Source of the DNA: Lachnospiraceae bacterium
GTDB taxonomy: Bacteria; Bacillota; Clostridia; Lachnospirales; Lachnospiraceae
NCBI GenBank assembly: GCA_016294075.1
Contig: JAEDCQ010000001.1
Span: 111,875-175,874 of the forward strand
DNA: 64,000 nt
Reading direction: 5' to 3'
Shown here: one piece after another, positions 50,129-59,011 of the stretch
Numbering within the stretch: position 1 is the first letter of the stretch
Layout of the letters: each line of letters opens with the position of its first letter
The notes under the pieces: model-generated
Told to the model about the DNA's origin: nothing
Database searches by the model: none
Seen by the model: the letters and a program-made list of their open reading frames with translations, nothing else
Translations under genes and position numbers: made by a program

Positions 50129-51481
50129 TTGGCATTTGAAAGCTTAACCGATAAACTACAGAATGTTTTTAAAAACTTAAGAAGTAAGGGAAGGCTTACG
50201 GAAGATGATGTCAAACAGGCCTGTAAAGAAGTCAAGATGGCATTGCTGGAAGCAGATGTTAATTTTCGGGTCGTAAAACAGTTCATTAAATCAGTAGAGG
50301 AAAGAGCTGTTGGTGCAGACGTTATGAACGGATTGAATCCGGGTCAGATGGTCATCAAGATTGTAAATGAAGAAATGACTTCCCTGATGGGTTCAGAGAC
50401 AACTGAGATTACGATGCAGCCGGGTAAAGCAATCACTGTCATTATGATGTGCGGTCTTCAGGGTGCAGGTAAGACAACTACTACAGCCAAAATTGCAGGC
50501 AAGCTTAAGTTAAAAGGCAAAAAACCACTGTTGGTTGCCTGTGATGTGTATCGTCCCGCTGCGATTAAGCAGTTGCAGATTAACGGAGAAAAGCAGGAAG
50601 TGGATGTTTTTACAATGGGAGACAGGTTAAGCCCCGTTGATATTGCCAAAGCAGCCATCGAGCATGCACAGAAAAACGGACATAATGTAGTAATTATAGA
50701 CACAGCCGGTCGTCTTCATATTGATGAAGAGATGATGAATGAGCTGATTACAATAAAAGAACAGGTAGATGTGCATCAGACGCTATTGGTGGTAGATGCA
50801 ATGACCGGACAGGATGCTGTAAATGTTGCAAAAGAGTTTCAGGAAAAAATAGGCATCGATGGTGTTATCTTATCCAAAATGGACGGTGATACCAGAGGTG
50901 GTGCGGCACTGTCTGTTAAAGCGGTAACCGGTCTGCCGATTCTGTATGTCGGTATGGGAGAAAAGCTTTCCGATTTGGAACAGTTCTATCCTGACCGAAT
51001 GGCAAACAGAATCTTAGGCATGGGAGATGTGCTGACGCTGATAGACAAAGCAGCAGAGGCCATTGATATAGATGAAGAAAAAGAAAAGAAGCTCGCTTCC
51101 AAAATGCGAAAAGGTAAATTTGATTTTGAAGATTATCTTGAAAGCATGAAGCAGATGAGAAACATGGGCGGAATTTCCAGCATCTTATCAATGATGCCCG
51201 GTATGGGTGCTAAGCTGGGGGATTTGGAATCCATGATTGATGAGAAGCAGTTAGCACGAATGGAAGCAATCGTATTATCCATGACACCTAAGGAAAGACA
51301 GAATCCAAAGCTGTTAAATCCCAGCAGAAAACATCGAATTGCAAAGGGTGCCGGTGTGGATATTGCGGTAGTAAACCGATTCATAAAACAGTTTGAACAG
51401 AGTCAGAAAATGATGAAGCAGCTCCCGGGAATGATGGGAGGTTTTGGTGGAAAAAAAGGGAAATTCCGTTTTCCTTTTTAA
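50129..51481 (+). CDS. ffh: signal recognition particle protein Ffh
   Basis: GLQGAGKTTT, DTAGRL, SKMDGDTRGGAA and a Met-rich M domain. TTG start with GGAGGA RBS. Confidence 0.96.
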   Translation: MAFESLTDKLQNVFKNLRSKGRLTEDDVKQACKEVKMALLEADVNFRVVKQFIKSVEERAVGADVMNGLNPGQMVIKIVNEEMTSLMGSETTEITMQPGKAITVIMMCGLQGAGKTTTTAKIAGKLKLKGKKPLLVACDVYRPAAIKQLQINGEKQEVDVFTMGDRLSPVDIAKAAIEHAQKNGHNVVIIDTAGRLHIDEEMMNELITIKEQVDVHQTLLVVDAMTGQDAVNVAKEFQEKIGIDGVILSKMDGDTRGGAALSVKAVTGLPILYVGMGEKLSDLEQFYPDRMANRILGMGDVLTLIDKAAEAIDIDEEKEKKLASKMRKGKFDFEDYLESMKQMRNMGGISSILSMMPGMGAKLGDLESMIDEKQLARMEAIVLSMTPKERQNPKLLNPSRKHRIAKGAGVDIAVVNRFIKQFEQSQKMMKQLPGMMGGFGGKKGKFRFPF

Positions 51482-51542
51482 TAAATAAAATTAATATGAT
51501 ATGAGGTGGGACATACCACTATGAAAGAAAGGAGTCATTAAA

Positions 51543-51788
51543 ATGGCAGTTAAAATCAGATTAAGAAGAATGGGACAGAAAAAGAACCCTATTTACAGAA
51601 TCGTTGTTTCCGATTCAAGATCTCCGAGAGACGGTAAGTTTATTGATGAAATCGGTACTTACAATCCTAACACAGATCCAAGCGAATTCAAGGTTGATGA
51701 AGAAGCAGCTAAGAAATGGCTTGCAAACGGTGCACAACCTACAGAAGTTGTCGGTAAAATCTTAAAGTTGGCCGGAATTACAAAATAA
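51543..51788 (+). CDS. rpsP: 30S ribosomal protein S16
   Basis: [22 protein letters not shown]. Confidence 0.97.
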   Translation: MAVKIRLRRMGQKKNPIYRIVVSDSRSPRDGKFIDEIGTYNPNTDPSEFKVDEEAAKKWLANGAQPTEVVGKILKLAGITK

Positions 51789-51830
51789 GTATTCCGTTGA
51801 AACTGTAGTAGACGCTTTTGGAGGTGGAGT

Positions 51831-52058
51831 ATGAAAGAATTAGTAGAAGTGATTGCAAAAGCACTTGTAGATAATCCGGACGAAGTTGTTGTTACGGAAA
51901 AAACAGAAGGTAAGAATGTTACCGTTGAACTTCATGTTGCCGCTTCCGATATGGGTAAAGTAATCGGTAAACAAGGCAGAATTGCAAAGGCAATCCGCTC
52001 TGTTGTGAAAGCAGCTTCATTAAGCGATAATCAGAGAGTAGATGTGGATATCCGCTAA
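51831..52058 (+). CDS. KH-domain RNA-binding protein (YlqC/UPF0109)
   Basis: GKVIGKQGRIAKAIR GXXG KH motif; 75 aa. Confidence 0.9.
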   Translation: MKELVEVIAKALVDNPDEVVVTEKTEGKNVTVELHVAASDMGKVIGKQGRIAKAIRSVVKAASLSDNQRVDVDIR

Positions 52059-52073
52059 TTTGCTTTATAAGAG

Positions 52074-52105
52074 GCTGATGCATCTTTTGATGCACCAGCT
52101 TTTTG
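52074..52105 (+). terminator. strong intra-operon hairpin + T-run between the KH gene and rimM
   Basis: GCTGATGCATC-TTTT-GATGCACCAGC (10 of 11 bp paired) followed by TTTTTG. Confidence 0.7.
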
Positions 52106-52163
52106 TGTTAGGTAAATCGGTTTGTAATGAGGACCGGCATTTTGTTGTATATAGGAGAGCAGA

Positions 52164-52676
52164 ATGGAAGATTTGTTACAGGTTGGAGCCATAACTTCAA
52201 CACATGGGGTACATGGTGAAGTAAAAGTATTTCCCACAACAGATGATGTAAAAAGATTCAGTAAGTTAAAAGAAGTCGAACTCGAAACAACATCCGGCAC
52301 AACGACTCTTCATATTAAAGGAGTAAAATATTTTAAGCAGTTTGCCATTTTAAAATTTGAAGAATTCGATTCTTTAAATGCGGTTGAAACAATTAAAGGA
52401 AAGAAATTGTATGTAACCCGAAAGAATGCAGTAAAATTACAGAAGGATGAGTATTTCATTGCAGACTTAATCGGAATGAAGGTTGTGGATAATGTACTTC
52501 AGCTTGAGGGTACATTAACGGATGTTATACAGACCGGAGCCAATGATGTATACGATATAGCACTCTCGGACGGAAGACAGTTTCTTCTTCCGGCAATTTC
52601 GGACTGTATATTGAATGTGGATATGGAGAACAGACTTATTTCCATACATGTTTTGGAGGGACTTTTAGACGAATGA
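52164..52676 (+). CDS. rimM: 16S rRNA processing protein RimM
   Basis: LQVGAITSTHGVHGEVKV start, PRC-barrel C-terminus, position before trmD. Confidence 0.92.
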   Translation: MEDLLQVGAITSTHGVHGEVKVFPTTDDVKRFSKLKEVELETTSGTTTLHIKGVKYFKQFAILKFEEFDSLNAVETIKGKKLYVTRKNAVKLQKDEYFIADLIGMKVVDNVLQLEGTLTDVIQTGANDVYDIALSDGRQFLLPAISDCILNVDMENRLISIHVLEGLLDE

Positions 52677-53377
52677 ATTTTCACATTTTAACATTATTTC
52701 CCGATATGGTACGGGATGGTTTGCATACAAGCATCTTAGGTCGTGCTGTGGAGAACGGACATATTCGGATGAATGTGGTAAATATTCGTGATTATACATT
52801 GGATAAGCATAAAAAGGTGGATGATTATCCTTATGGCGGCGGGGCAGGTATGCTGATGCAGGCTCAGCCTATATACGACGCCTATATTTCGGTGTGTGAC
52901 AGTATTCAAAAGAAACCGCGGACCGTATATGTAACACCGCAGGGACGTGTATTTAATCAAAGCATGGCGGCAGAGTTCGCAAAAGAGGATGATTTGGTGA
53001 TTTTATGCGGTCATTACGAGGGTGTTGATGAGCGTGTTTTGGAAGAGATTGTAACGGATTATGTATCGATAGGGGATTATGTTCTCACGGGCGGAGAACT
53101 CCCGGCAATGGTAATGGTGGATGCGATTTCCCGTATGGTTCCCGGAGTATTATCGAATGAGGACTCCGGAGTTACGGAATCATTTTATGATAATTTGTTG
53201 GAATATCCGCAATATTCCAGACCTGAGGTCTGGCATGATAAAAAGGTGCCGGAGGTATTACTCAGCGGGCATCATAAAAAAATAGAAGAATGGCGTCTGG
53301 AGCAGTCTATGAAGCGGACTATGGAAAGGCGGCCGGATTTGTATGAAAAATATCTTGCAAATAAACCGCAGGTATGA
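52673..53377 (+). CDS. trmD: tRNA (guanine37-N1)-methyltransferase
   Basis: ILTLFPDM..., DDYPYGGGAGM, LSGHH. Confidence 0.96.
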   Translation: MNFHILTLFPDMVRDGLHTSILGRAVENGHIRMNVVNIRDYTLDKHKKVDDYPYGGGAGMLMQAQPIYDAYISVCDSIQKKPRTVYVTPQGRVFNQSMAAEFAKEDDLVILCGHYEGVDERVLEEIVTDYVSIGDYVLTGGELPAMVMVDAISRMVPGVLSNEDSGVTESFYDNLLEYPQYSRPEVWHDKKVPEVLLSGHHKKIEEWRLEQSMKRTMERRPDLYEKYLANKPQV

Positions 53378-53459
53378 TATATTATTTTAGTCGTGTAAAA
53401 ATAGATGGTCCTCTGTTACAAATGTATTAAGAACATCCATTATAGAAGGAGATATAGAC

Positions 53460-53807
53460 ATGAATGAGATTATTAAAAGCATTGAAGCAGAACAGTTAAA
53501 ACAGGAAGTGCCTGAATTTAACGTTGGTGATACCGTTAAAGTATACGGTAAAATCAAAGAAGGTAACCGTGAAAGAGTTCAGATTTTTGAAGGAACTGTA
53601 CTTAAGAGACAGGGCGGAAGCAACAGAGAGACTTTCACAGTAAGAAAAACTTCTAACGGAGTCGGTGTTGAAAAGACATGGCCGTTGCATTCTCCTAACG
53701 TAGAAAAGATTGAAGTAGTACGTCGTGGTAAGGTAAGAAGAGCGAAACTGACATACTTAAGAGATCGCGTTGGTAAGAAGGCTAAGGTTAAAGAACTCGT
53801 TAAATAA
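53460..53807 (+). CDS. rplS: 50S ribosomal protein L19
   Basis: [11 protein letters not shown]...[14 protein letters not shown]...FTVRK. Confidence 0.97.
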   Translation: MNEIIKSIEAEQLKQEVPEFNVGDTVKVYGKIKEGNRERVQIFEGTVLKRQGGSNRETFTVRKTSNGVGVEKTWPLHSPNVEKIEVVRRGKVRRAKLTYLRDRVGKKAKVKELVK

Positions 53808-53820
53808 TCTTAAAGCATCA

Positions 53821-53858
53821 GGCTGTAAACTAAGAAGCTTAGTTTACAGCCACTTTTT
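53821..53858 (+). terminator. Rho-independent terminator after rplS
   Basis: GGCTGTAAACTAAG-AAG-CTTAGTTTACAGCC perfect 14-bp stem followed by a T-run. Confidence 0.85.
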
Positions 53859-53875
53859 ATAAAATGGAGATTGCA

Positions 53876-54457
53876 ATGAGACGGAAAAAAGGATTATGCT
53901 TTTATAAAAGACGTAAAAAAGTTTCATCAGATGCCATAAGGGAAATCAGTAATTATTTTTTTGGTATCGGATTAGCTCTTTTAATGGCATTTTTTCTGGT
54001 ATATAGTTTTGGAATGCGGACAAGTGTAATCGGAGTGTCCATGGAGAATACACTATATAACGGACAGATGGTTCTTGTTAACAAAATTGCATATTTATTA
54101 TTTTCCCCGAAGGCAGGAGATATAGTTGTGTTTCTGCCAAACGGAAATGCCAATACACATTACTATGTCAAGCGTGTGGTTGCGACTCCGGGTGATAAGG
54201 TGGAATTTCGTGACGGAAGGCTTTATGTGAATGATATCATGGAAGAAAACGAACAATATGACAAGGTGGCTGATCCGGGAATTGCGGAAGAAGCTGTTAC
54301 GGTCGGAGAAGATGAATTTTTTGTATTGGGTGATAATCGTAATAACAGTGAAGACTCCCGTTCGGGAAATATCGGTCTTGTAAAGAGGGATTTGATAGAA
54401 GGAAAGGTATGGTTTCAGTTGGGCCATGAAAATCAGGGAATGGGATTTGTAAACTAA
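53876..54457 (+). CDS. lepB: signal peptidase I (copy 1)
   Basis: Catalytic GVSMENTL, YYVKRVVATPGD, GDNRNNSEDSR. GGAG RBS favours the ATG at 53876 over 53864. Confidence 0.9.
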   Translation: MRRKKGLCFYKRRKKVSSDAIREISNYFFGIGLALLMAFFLVYSFGMRTSVIGVSMENTLYNGQMVLVNKIAYLLFSPKAGDIVVFLPNGNANTHYYVKRVVATPGDKVEFRDGRLYVNDIMEENEQYDKVADPGIAEEAVTVGEDEFFVLGDNRNNSEDSRSGNIGLVKRDLIEGKVWFQLGHENQGMGFVN

Positions 54458-54476
54458 CAGAAAGGAAAATCGGAAT

Positions 54477-55319
54477 ATGAATTATCAGTGGTATCCCGGC
54501 CATATGACAAAGGCAAAGCGAATGATGCAGGAGGATATTAAGCTAATTGATTTGATTATAGAATTAGTGGATGCACGTATGCCGTTAAGCAGCCGGAATC
54601 CGGACATCAATGAGTTGGGCAAAAACAAATCACGAATGATTTTATTAAATAAATCTGACCTTGCCGATGCACAGGCAAATAAAGCATGGGTTGAATATTT
54701 TGAAAAAACCGGTATTCAGACTGTAGAAGTGAATTCCAAAAGCGGAAGCGGTTTAAAAGACATCCAGAATGCAGTGTCGGTAGCCTGTGCGGATAAGATT
54801 GAACGCGACCGCAGACGCGGTATTTTAAATCGTCCCGTAAGGGCAATGGTAGTAGGAATTCCGAATGTGGGAAAGTCCACATTCATTAATTCATTTGCAA
54901 AAAAAGCATGTACAAAGACAGGAAATAAGCCGGGGGTTACAAAAGGGAAGCAGTGGATTAGATTAAATAAATCATTAGAACTTTTAGATACTCCGGGGAT
55001 TTTATGGCCGAAATTTGAGGATAATGAGATTGGTAAGCGACTGGCCTTTATCGGTTCTATTAATGATCAGATTCTTTATTCGGAAGAATTGGCGGCAGAT
55101 TTTATTACCTATATTCAAAAAAGGTATCCGGATTGTATTTCTGATTTTTATCAGATTGAAAACATGGCAGAGCCCTACAGATGTCTGGAAGAAATTGCCC
55201 GCGTAAGAAGATGCCTTGGCAAGAATGAAACATTGGACATAAAAAAATCATCCATGATTTTAATGGATGATTTCAGAAGTGGCAGGCTTGGAAGATTATC
55301 ATTGGAATTACCCAATTAA
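54477..55319 (+). CDS. rbgA: ribosome biogenesis GTPase A (YlqF/RbgA)
   Basis: WYPGHMTKA, circularly permuted GTPase (NKSDL ... GIPNVGKST ... DTPG). Confidence 0.94.
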   Translation: MNYQWYPGHMTKAKRMMQEDIKLIDLIIELVDARMPLSSRNPDINELGKNKSRMILLNKSDLADAQANKAWVEYFEKTGIQTVEVNSKSGSGLKDIQNAVSVACADKIERDRRRGILNRPVRAMVVGIPNVGKSTFINSFAKKACTKTGNKPGVTKGKQWIRLNKSLELLDTPGILWPKFEDNEIGKRLAFIGSINDQILYSEELAADFITYIQKRYPDCISDFYQIENMAEPYRCLEEIARVRRCLGKNETLDIKKSSMILMDDFRSGRLGRLSLELPN

Positions 55320-55333
55320 AAAAGGAGAGTGTC

Positions 55334-55861
55334 ATGAAAAAAATATTAAGGGAAATATTGAGTACAAGTATTTATCTGCTCGTTGTACTCTTAGTTACTT
55401 ATCTTATCGTGAAATACGTCGGAGTTCGTACGGAGGTAATCGGCCCTTCCATGCAGCCGACCTTATATGACGGCGACAATCTGATTACGGAAAAACTATC
55501 CTATCGTTTTGGAGAACCGGAACGTTTTGATGTTATTGTTTTCCCATTTAAACATGCTGAACGAACATATTATATAAAGCGGATTATCGGATTGCCCGGG
55601 GAAACGATACAGATTGATGGGGAAGGTAACATTTTCATAAATGGAGAAATTCTTGAGGAACACTACGGAAAAGAAGTAATAAAAAATCCCGGATTGGCAT
55701 CGGAAGCCATTCATTTGGGAAGTAATGAATATTTTGTATTGGGAGATAACCGTAACAACAGTTCAGACAGTCGTGACCCGAGTGTGGGAAATATCTACAG
55801 GAAGGATATTATTGGAAAGGCATGGATTCGCTTCTGGCCTTCATTTTACAAGCTGAAATAA
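55334..55861 (+). CDS. lepB: signal peptidase I (copy 2)
   Basis: GPSMQPTL, YYIKRIIGLPGE, GDNRNNSSDSR. Confidence 0.9.
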   Translation: MKKILREILSTSIYLLVVLLVTYLIVKYVGVRTEVIGPSMQPTLYDGDNLITEKLSYRFGEPERFDVIVFPFKHAERTYYIKRIIGLPGETIQIDGEGNIFINGEILEEHYGKEVIKNPGLASEAIHLGSNEYFVLGDNRNNSSDSRDPSVGNIYRKDIIGKAWIRFWPSFYKLK

Positions 55862-55893
55862 ATTACAAAAGTGTATGGAAAGGCAGATACATC

Positions 55894-56658
55894 ATGGCCA
55901 TATCGATTGGAGAAATAAAACAGATTTTAAATCAGTCATCCTTTACGGATTTACCGGAAGTTATGAAGCAGTATGAAGCAGACGAACGTGCGGGAGTCAA
56001 AAATGAATTAAAAAAGGCTAAAGCACGTCTTCAAAAGTACGAACAGGAAAAGGAACGTACCTATGCACTTTCGGAATATGAGAGAAAATATGCTGATTAT
56101 ATGCATATCTGTGGAATTGATGAAGTAGGAAGAGGTCCCTTGGCGGGACCGGTCGTTGCAGGGGCAGTAATTTTACCCAAAGACTGCGATATCCTTTATA
56201 TTAATGATTCAAAGCAGTTAAGTGAAAAAAAGAGAGAAGAGCTGTATGATATCATTATGGAAAAAGCGGTCGCGGTATCCGTCGGATATGCAAGTGTAGA
56301 GAGGATTGATGAAATTAATATATTGCAGGCAACCTATGAAGCCATGCGGGATGCTATCAGTAAATTGCCCGTATCACCCGATATATTATTAAATGATGCT
56401 GTTACAATACCGCAGGTTACGATACCGCAGATTCCGATTATCAAAGGGGATGCCAAAAGTATTTCTATCGGGGCCGCCAGTATTATTGCAAAGGTAACAA
56501 GAGACCGGCTGATGGTGGAATATGATTCCGTTTTTCCGGAGTATGGTTTTGCTTCCAATAAAGGCTACGGCTCTGCCGCTCATATTGAAGCAATCAAAAA
56601 AAACGGACCATGTCCGATTCACAGAAGAAGCTTTATCGACAATTTTATTAACGGATAA
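55894..56658 (+). CDS. rnhB: ribonuclease HII
   Basis: GIDEVGRGPLAGPVV, DSKQLS, AASIIAKV. The ATG at 55894 avoids overlap with lepB. Confidence 0.93.
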   Translation: MAISIGEIKQILNQSSFTDLPEVMKQYEADERAGVKNELKKAKARLQKYEQEKERTYALSEYERKYADYMHICGIDEVGRGPLAGPVVAGAVILPKDCDILYINDSKQLSEKKREELYDIIMEKAVAVSVGYASVERIDEINILQATYEAMRDAISKLPVSPDILLNDAVTIPQVTIPQIPIIKGDAKSISIGAASIIAKVTRDRLMVEYDSVFPEYGFASNKGYGSAAHIEAIKKNGPCPIHRRSFIDNFING

Positions 56659-56694
56659 AAGGTATGCGGATTTTAGGTTAAACAGAGGGAATAT

Positions 56695-58293
56695 ATGGCA
56701 ATTGATTTATTGAACCGGCTTACAAAAACGCAGACAAACAACACAGTGCAACAGGCGGCAGAAGCATTGAAAAATGCAGATTCAGCCGAGGCAGCCAGAA
56801 TACTTAGGAGTGTTTATGCACTGAAATCGGGAGATGTGTTACAGGGAGAACTTGTATCCTCAGATGGAAAAGATATCAGCCTGTTATTGGGAAATGCAAT
56901 TTTATTAAATGCGAAAATGGATAAGGAGCTTTCACTTACTCCCGGACAGATTATGTCATTTACGGTAAGCAGCAATCAAAACGGAAAGCTGGCTTTAAGA
57001 CCCTTGTTTGCAAATACCGGAATGGAGCAAAATGCCATGAAGGCATTGGAAGCTGCCAATATTCCGATTACTGATAAAACAATTTCTCTTGCCGAGGAAA
57101 TGATGCGTCAGGGTATGGCAGTAAATAAACAGAATTTGTCTGCTGTATATCGTCAGATGGGTATGTATCCGGATGCGGAAATAATGGATTTGGTCATGTT
57201 GCATAAAATGGAGATTCCGGTTTCAGATGAAAATCTTTCCATGATGCGTTTATATCAGACAAACCGACACTATCTGTTTTCGGATTTACAGGGACTTAGC
57301 GGACAGCTTTCAGACTTCCTGTCAGAAATGATTCAAACACAGCCTACGGATGCTGTGCAGAATTTTATTCGGGGGTTTTTGGATATTTTTCAAGAACCAT
57401 CGGATACTGTAATTCAGAATCAGGCTGCAGCCGTGCAGAATGCAGAAAATCATCAAGCTGCAGAATTACAGGATATGGCAGAAGGATTGAATATTCGGAA
57501 AGGTACAGCAACACAGGAAAATATGCAAAGTGATGTGCAAAATAATGTGCGGAATGCAGCGCATTTTGCACGGTATACGACGCCGGATGGAGAGCCGGAA
57601 CTAAGTACGCGAAAAGAGGCCGAATTGTTAAGGCTTTTGCAGAAAGACAATATTCAAACTGAATCCGGGAAGGATAAGCTTACACAGAATCTGTTTTCCC
57701 TATTGAAGGAGCAGTTCTTAATGAAGCCGCAGGAAATGCAATCTGCGAATTATGTAAAAGTTTTTTTTGAACGCTTGAATGAACAGGTGGATAAATTACA
57801 GAATCTGATTAAAAATGCCGGAAAGGAAAATTCTGCATTAGGCAAAGAAGTAAATACCATAAAAAGTAATATACAGTTTATGAATCAGATTAATGAAATG
57901 TATCATTACGTACAGCTTCCGCTTAAAATGAACCAGGAGGGAGCAAACGGTGATTTATATGTATATAAACGGAAACAGCAAAAAACAGGAGAAGACGGTA
58001 AGCTGACCGCACTGCTGCATCTTTCCATGCCGGTTTTAGGAAATATGGATGTTTTTCTTTCTTTGGAAAATCAGAAGCTGAGTACACGCTTTTGCATGGA
58101 AAAAGAGGAAATGATTGATTTTATCGAAGCACATATTGACAGATTAAATGAACGGTTAATGAAAAGAGGATATCAGGTACAGACAAGTGTTACAGCAGGA
58201 AATAAGGAAGAAGAGACTGTAATCGATACCATTATGAAGACTGAGCCGGCACTTAAGCTCTTTACTTCACAATCCTTTGACGCAAGATGTTAA
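56695..58293 (+). CDS. FliK-like (hook-length-control-like) protein, YlqG-type
   Basis: Q/N-rich central region. The C-terminal VQLPLKMN...GNMDVFLSLENQKLSTRF...IDRLNERLMKRGYQV resembles the FliK C-terminal (Flg_hook) domain. Sits after rnhB as ylqG does in B. subtilis. Confidence 0.6.
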   Translation: MAIDLLNRLTKTQTNNTVQQAAEALKNADSAEAARILRSVYALKSGDVLQGELVSSDGKDISLLLGNAILLNAKMDKELSLTPGQIMSFTVSSNQNGKLALRPLFANTGMEQNAMKALEAANIPITDKTISLAEEMMRQGMAVNKQNLSAVYRQMGMYPDAEIMDLVMLHKMEIPVSDENLSMMRLYQTNRHYLFSDLQGLSGQLSDFLSEMIQTQPTDAVQNFIRGFLDIFQEPSDTVIQNQAAAVQNAENHQAAELQDMAEGLNIRKGTATQENMQSDVQNNVRNAAHFARYTTPDGEPELSTRKEAELLRLLQKDNIQTESGKDKLTQNLFSLLKEQFLMKPQEMQSANYVKVFFERLNEQVDKLQNLIKNAGKENSALGKEVNTIKSNIQFMNQINEMYHYVQLPLKMNQEGANGDLYVYKRKQQKTGEDGKLTALLHLSMPVLGNMDVFLSLENQKLSTRFCMEKEEMIDFIEAHIDRLNERLMKRGYQVQTSVTAGNKEEETVIDTIMKTEPALKLFTSQSFDARC

Positions 58294-58306
58294 AAAGAGG
58301 CTGCTT

Positions 58307-58579
58307 ATGAACAAAGAAAAAATAAAAAGTGCAGTGGCATTGGAATATAATCCTAAGGAAGAGGCTCCGAAAATAATAGCAACGGGTAAAGGCATCCTTG
58401 CAGAAAAAATTATTGAAAAAGCAAAGGAAGCCAATGTGCCGATTCATCAGGATGAAAAGCTTGCCAAGACACTCTCGAAATTAGAGATAGGGGACATGAT
58501 TCCTCCGGAGCTGTATAATGCGGTAGCGGAGGTCTTAGTGTTTGTGGATGCAATGGAAAAAATAAGGAGCAAAATGTAA
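58307..58579 (+). CDS. FlhB C-terminal-domain-like protein (EscU/YscU/HrcU family fragment, YlqH-type)
   Basis: AVALEYNPKEEAPKIIATGKGILAEKIIEKAKEANVPIHQDEKLAKTL...IPPELYNAVAEVLVFV matches the post-NPTH part of FlhB-C. No TM domain. Confidence 0.8.
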   Translation: MNKEKIKSAVALEYNPKEEAPKIIATGKGILAEKIIEKAKEANVPIHQDEKLAKTLSKLEIGDMIPPELYNAVAEVLVFVDAMEKIRSKM

Positions 58580-58617
58580 AATGGGTTTGTCTGCCGGAGA
58601 GAAGCGGGAAGGACAGC

Positions 58618-58977
58618 TTGAATACAAGAAAAAAGGGAGCATTTTATGAGGATGTCGCCTGCAGACATCTTCAACAGCACGGCATCATTATTTTGGAAAG
58701 AAATTTCAGGTGTCGGATTGGCGAAATTGATATTATCGGCAAAAAGAATGACTGTATCATTTTTTTTGAGGTAAAATACCGTCACTCGGATTATAACGGG
58801 GCGGCTCTTGCTGCGGTCGGATTCTCAAAACAAAAGAGAATCTGCCGGTGTGCGGATGTATACTGTATGCTCCATCCGTGGATTAAAAATATCCGATATG
58901 ATGTTATTGGAATAACGGATACAAAGCTCGAATGGATTGAAAATGCTTTTTCTCATATCGGTTACAGCTGGAATTGA
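58618..58977 (+). CDS. yraN: YraN-family (UPF0102) endonuclease-like protein
   Basis: KKGAFYEDVACRHLQQHG...GEIDIIG...IIFFEVKYR. TTG start; coordinates taken from the ORF track. Confidence 0.85.
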   Translation: MNTRKKGAFYEDVACRHLQQHGIIILERNFRCRIGEIDIIGKKNDCIIFFEVKYRHSDYNGAALAAVGFSKQKRICRCADVYCMLHPWIKNIRYDVIGITDTKLEWIENAFSHIGYSWN

Positions 58978-59011
58978 GAAATCCGTGCATAAGCAGATTA
59001 CAGGAAAGGGT

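Noticed and set aside
53378-53459. Possible L19 (rplS) leader RNA between trmD and rplS.
   Set aside because: Only a weak GATGG...CCATT-type pairing is visible, and I cannot match it to the Rfam L19_leader consensus from memory. Confirming it needs cmsearch.
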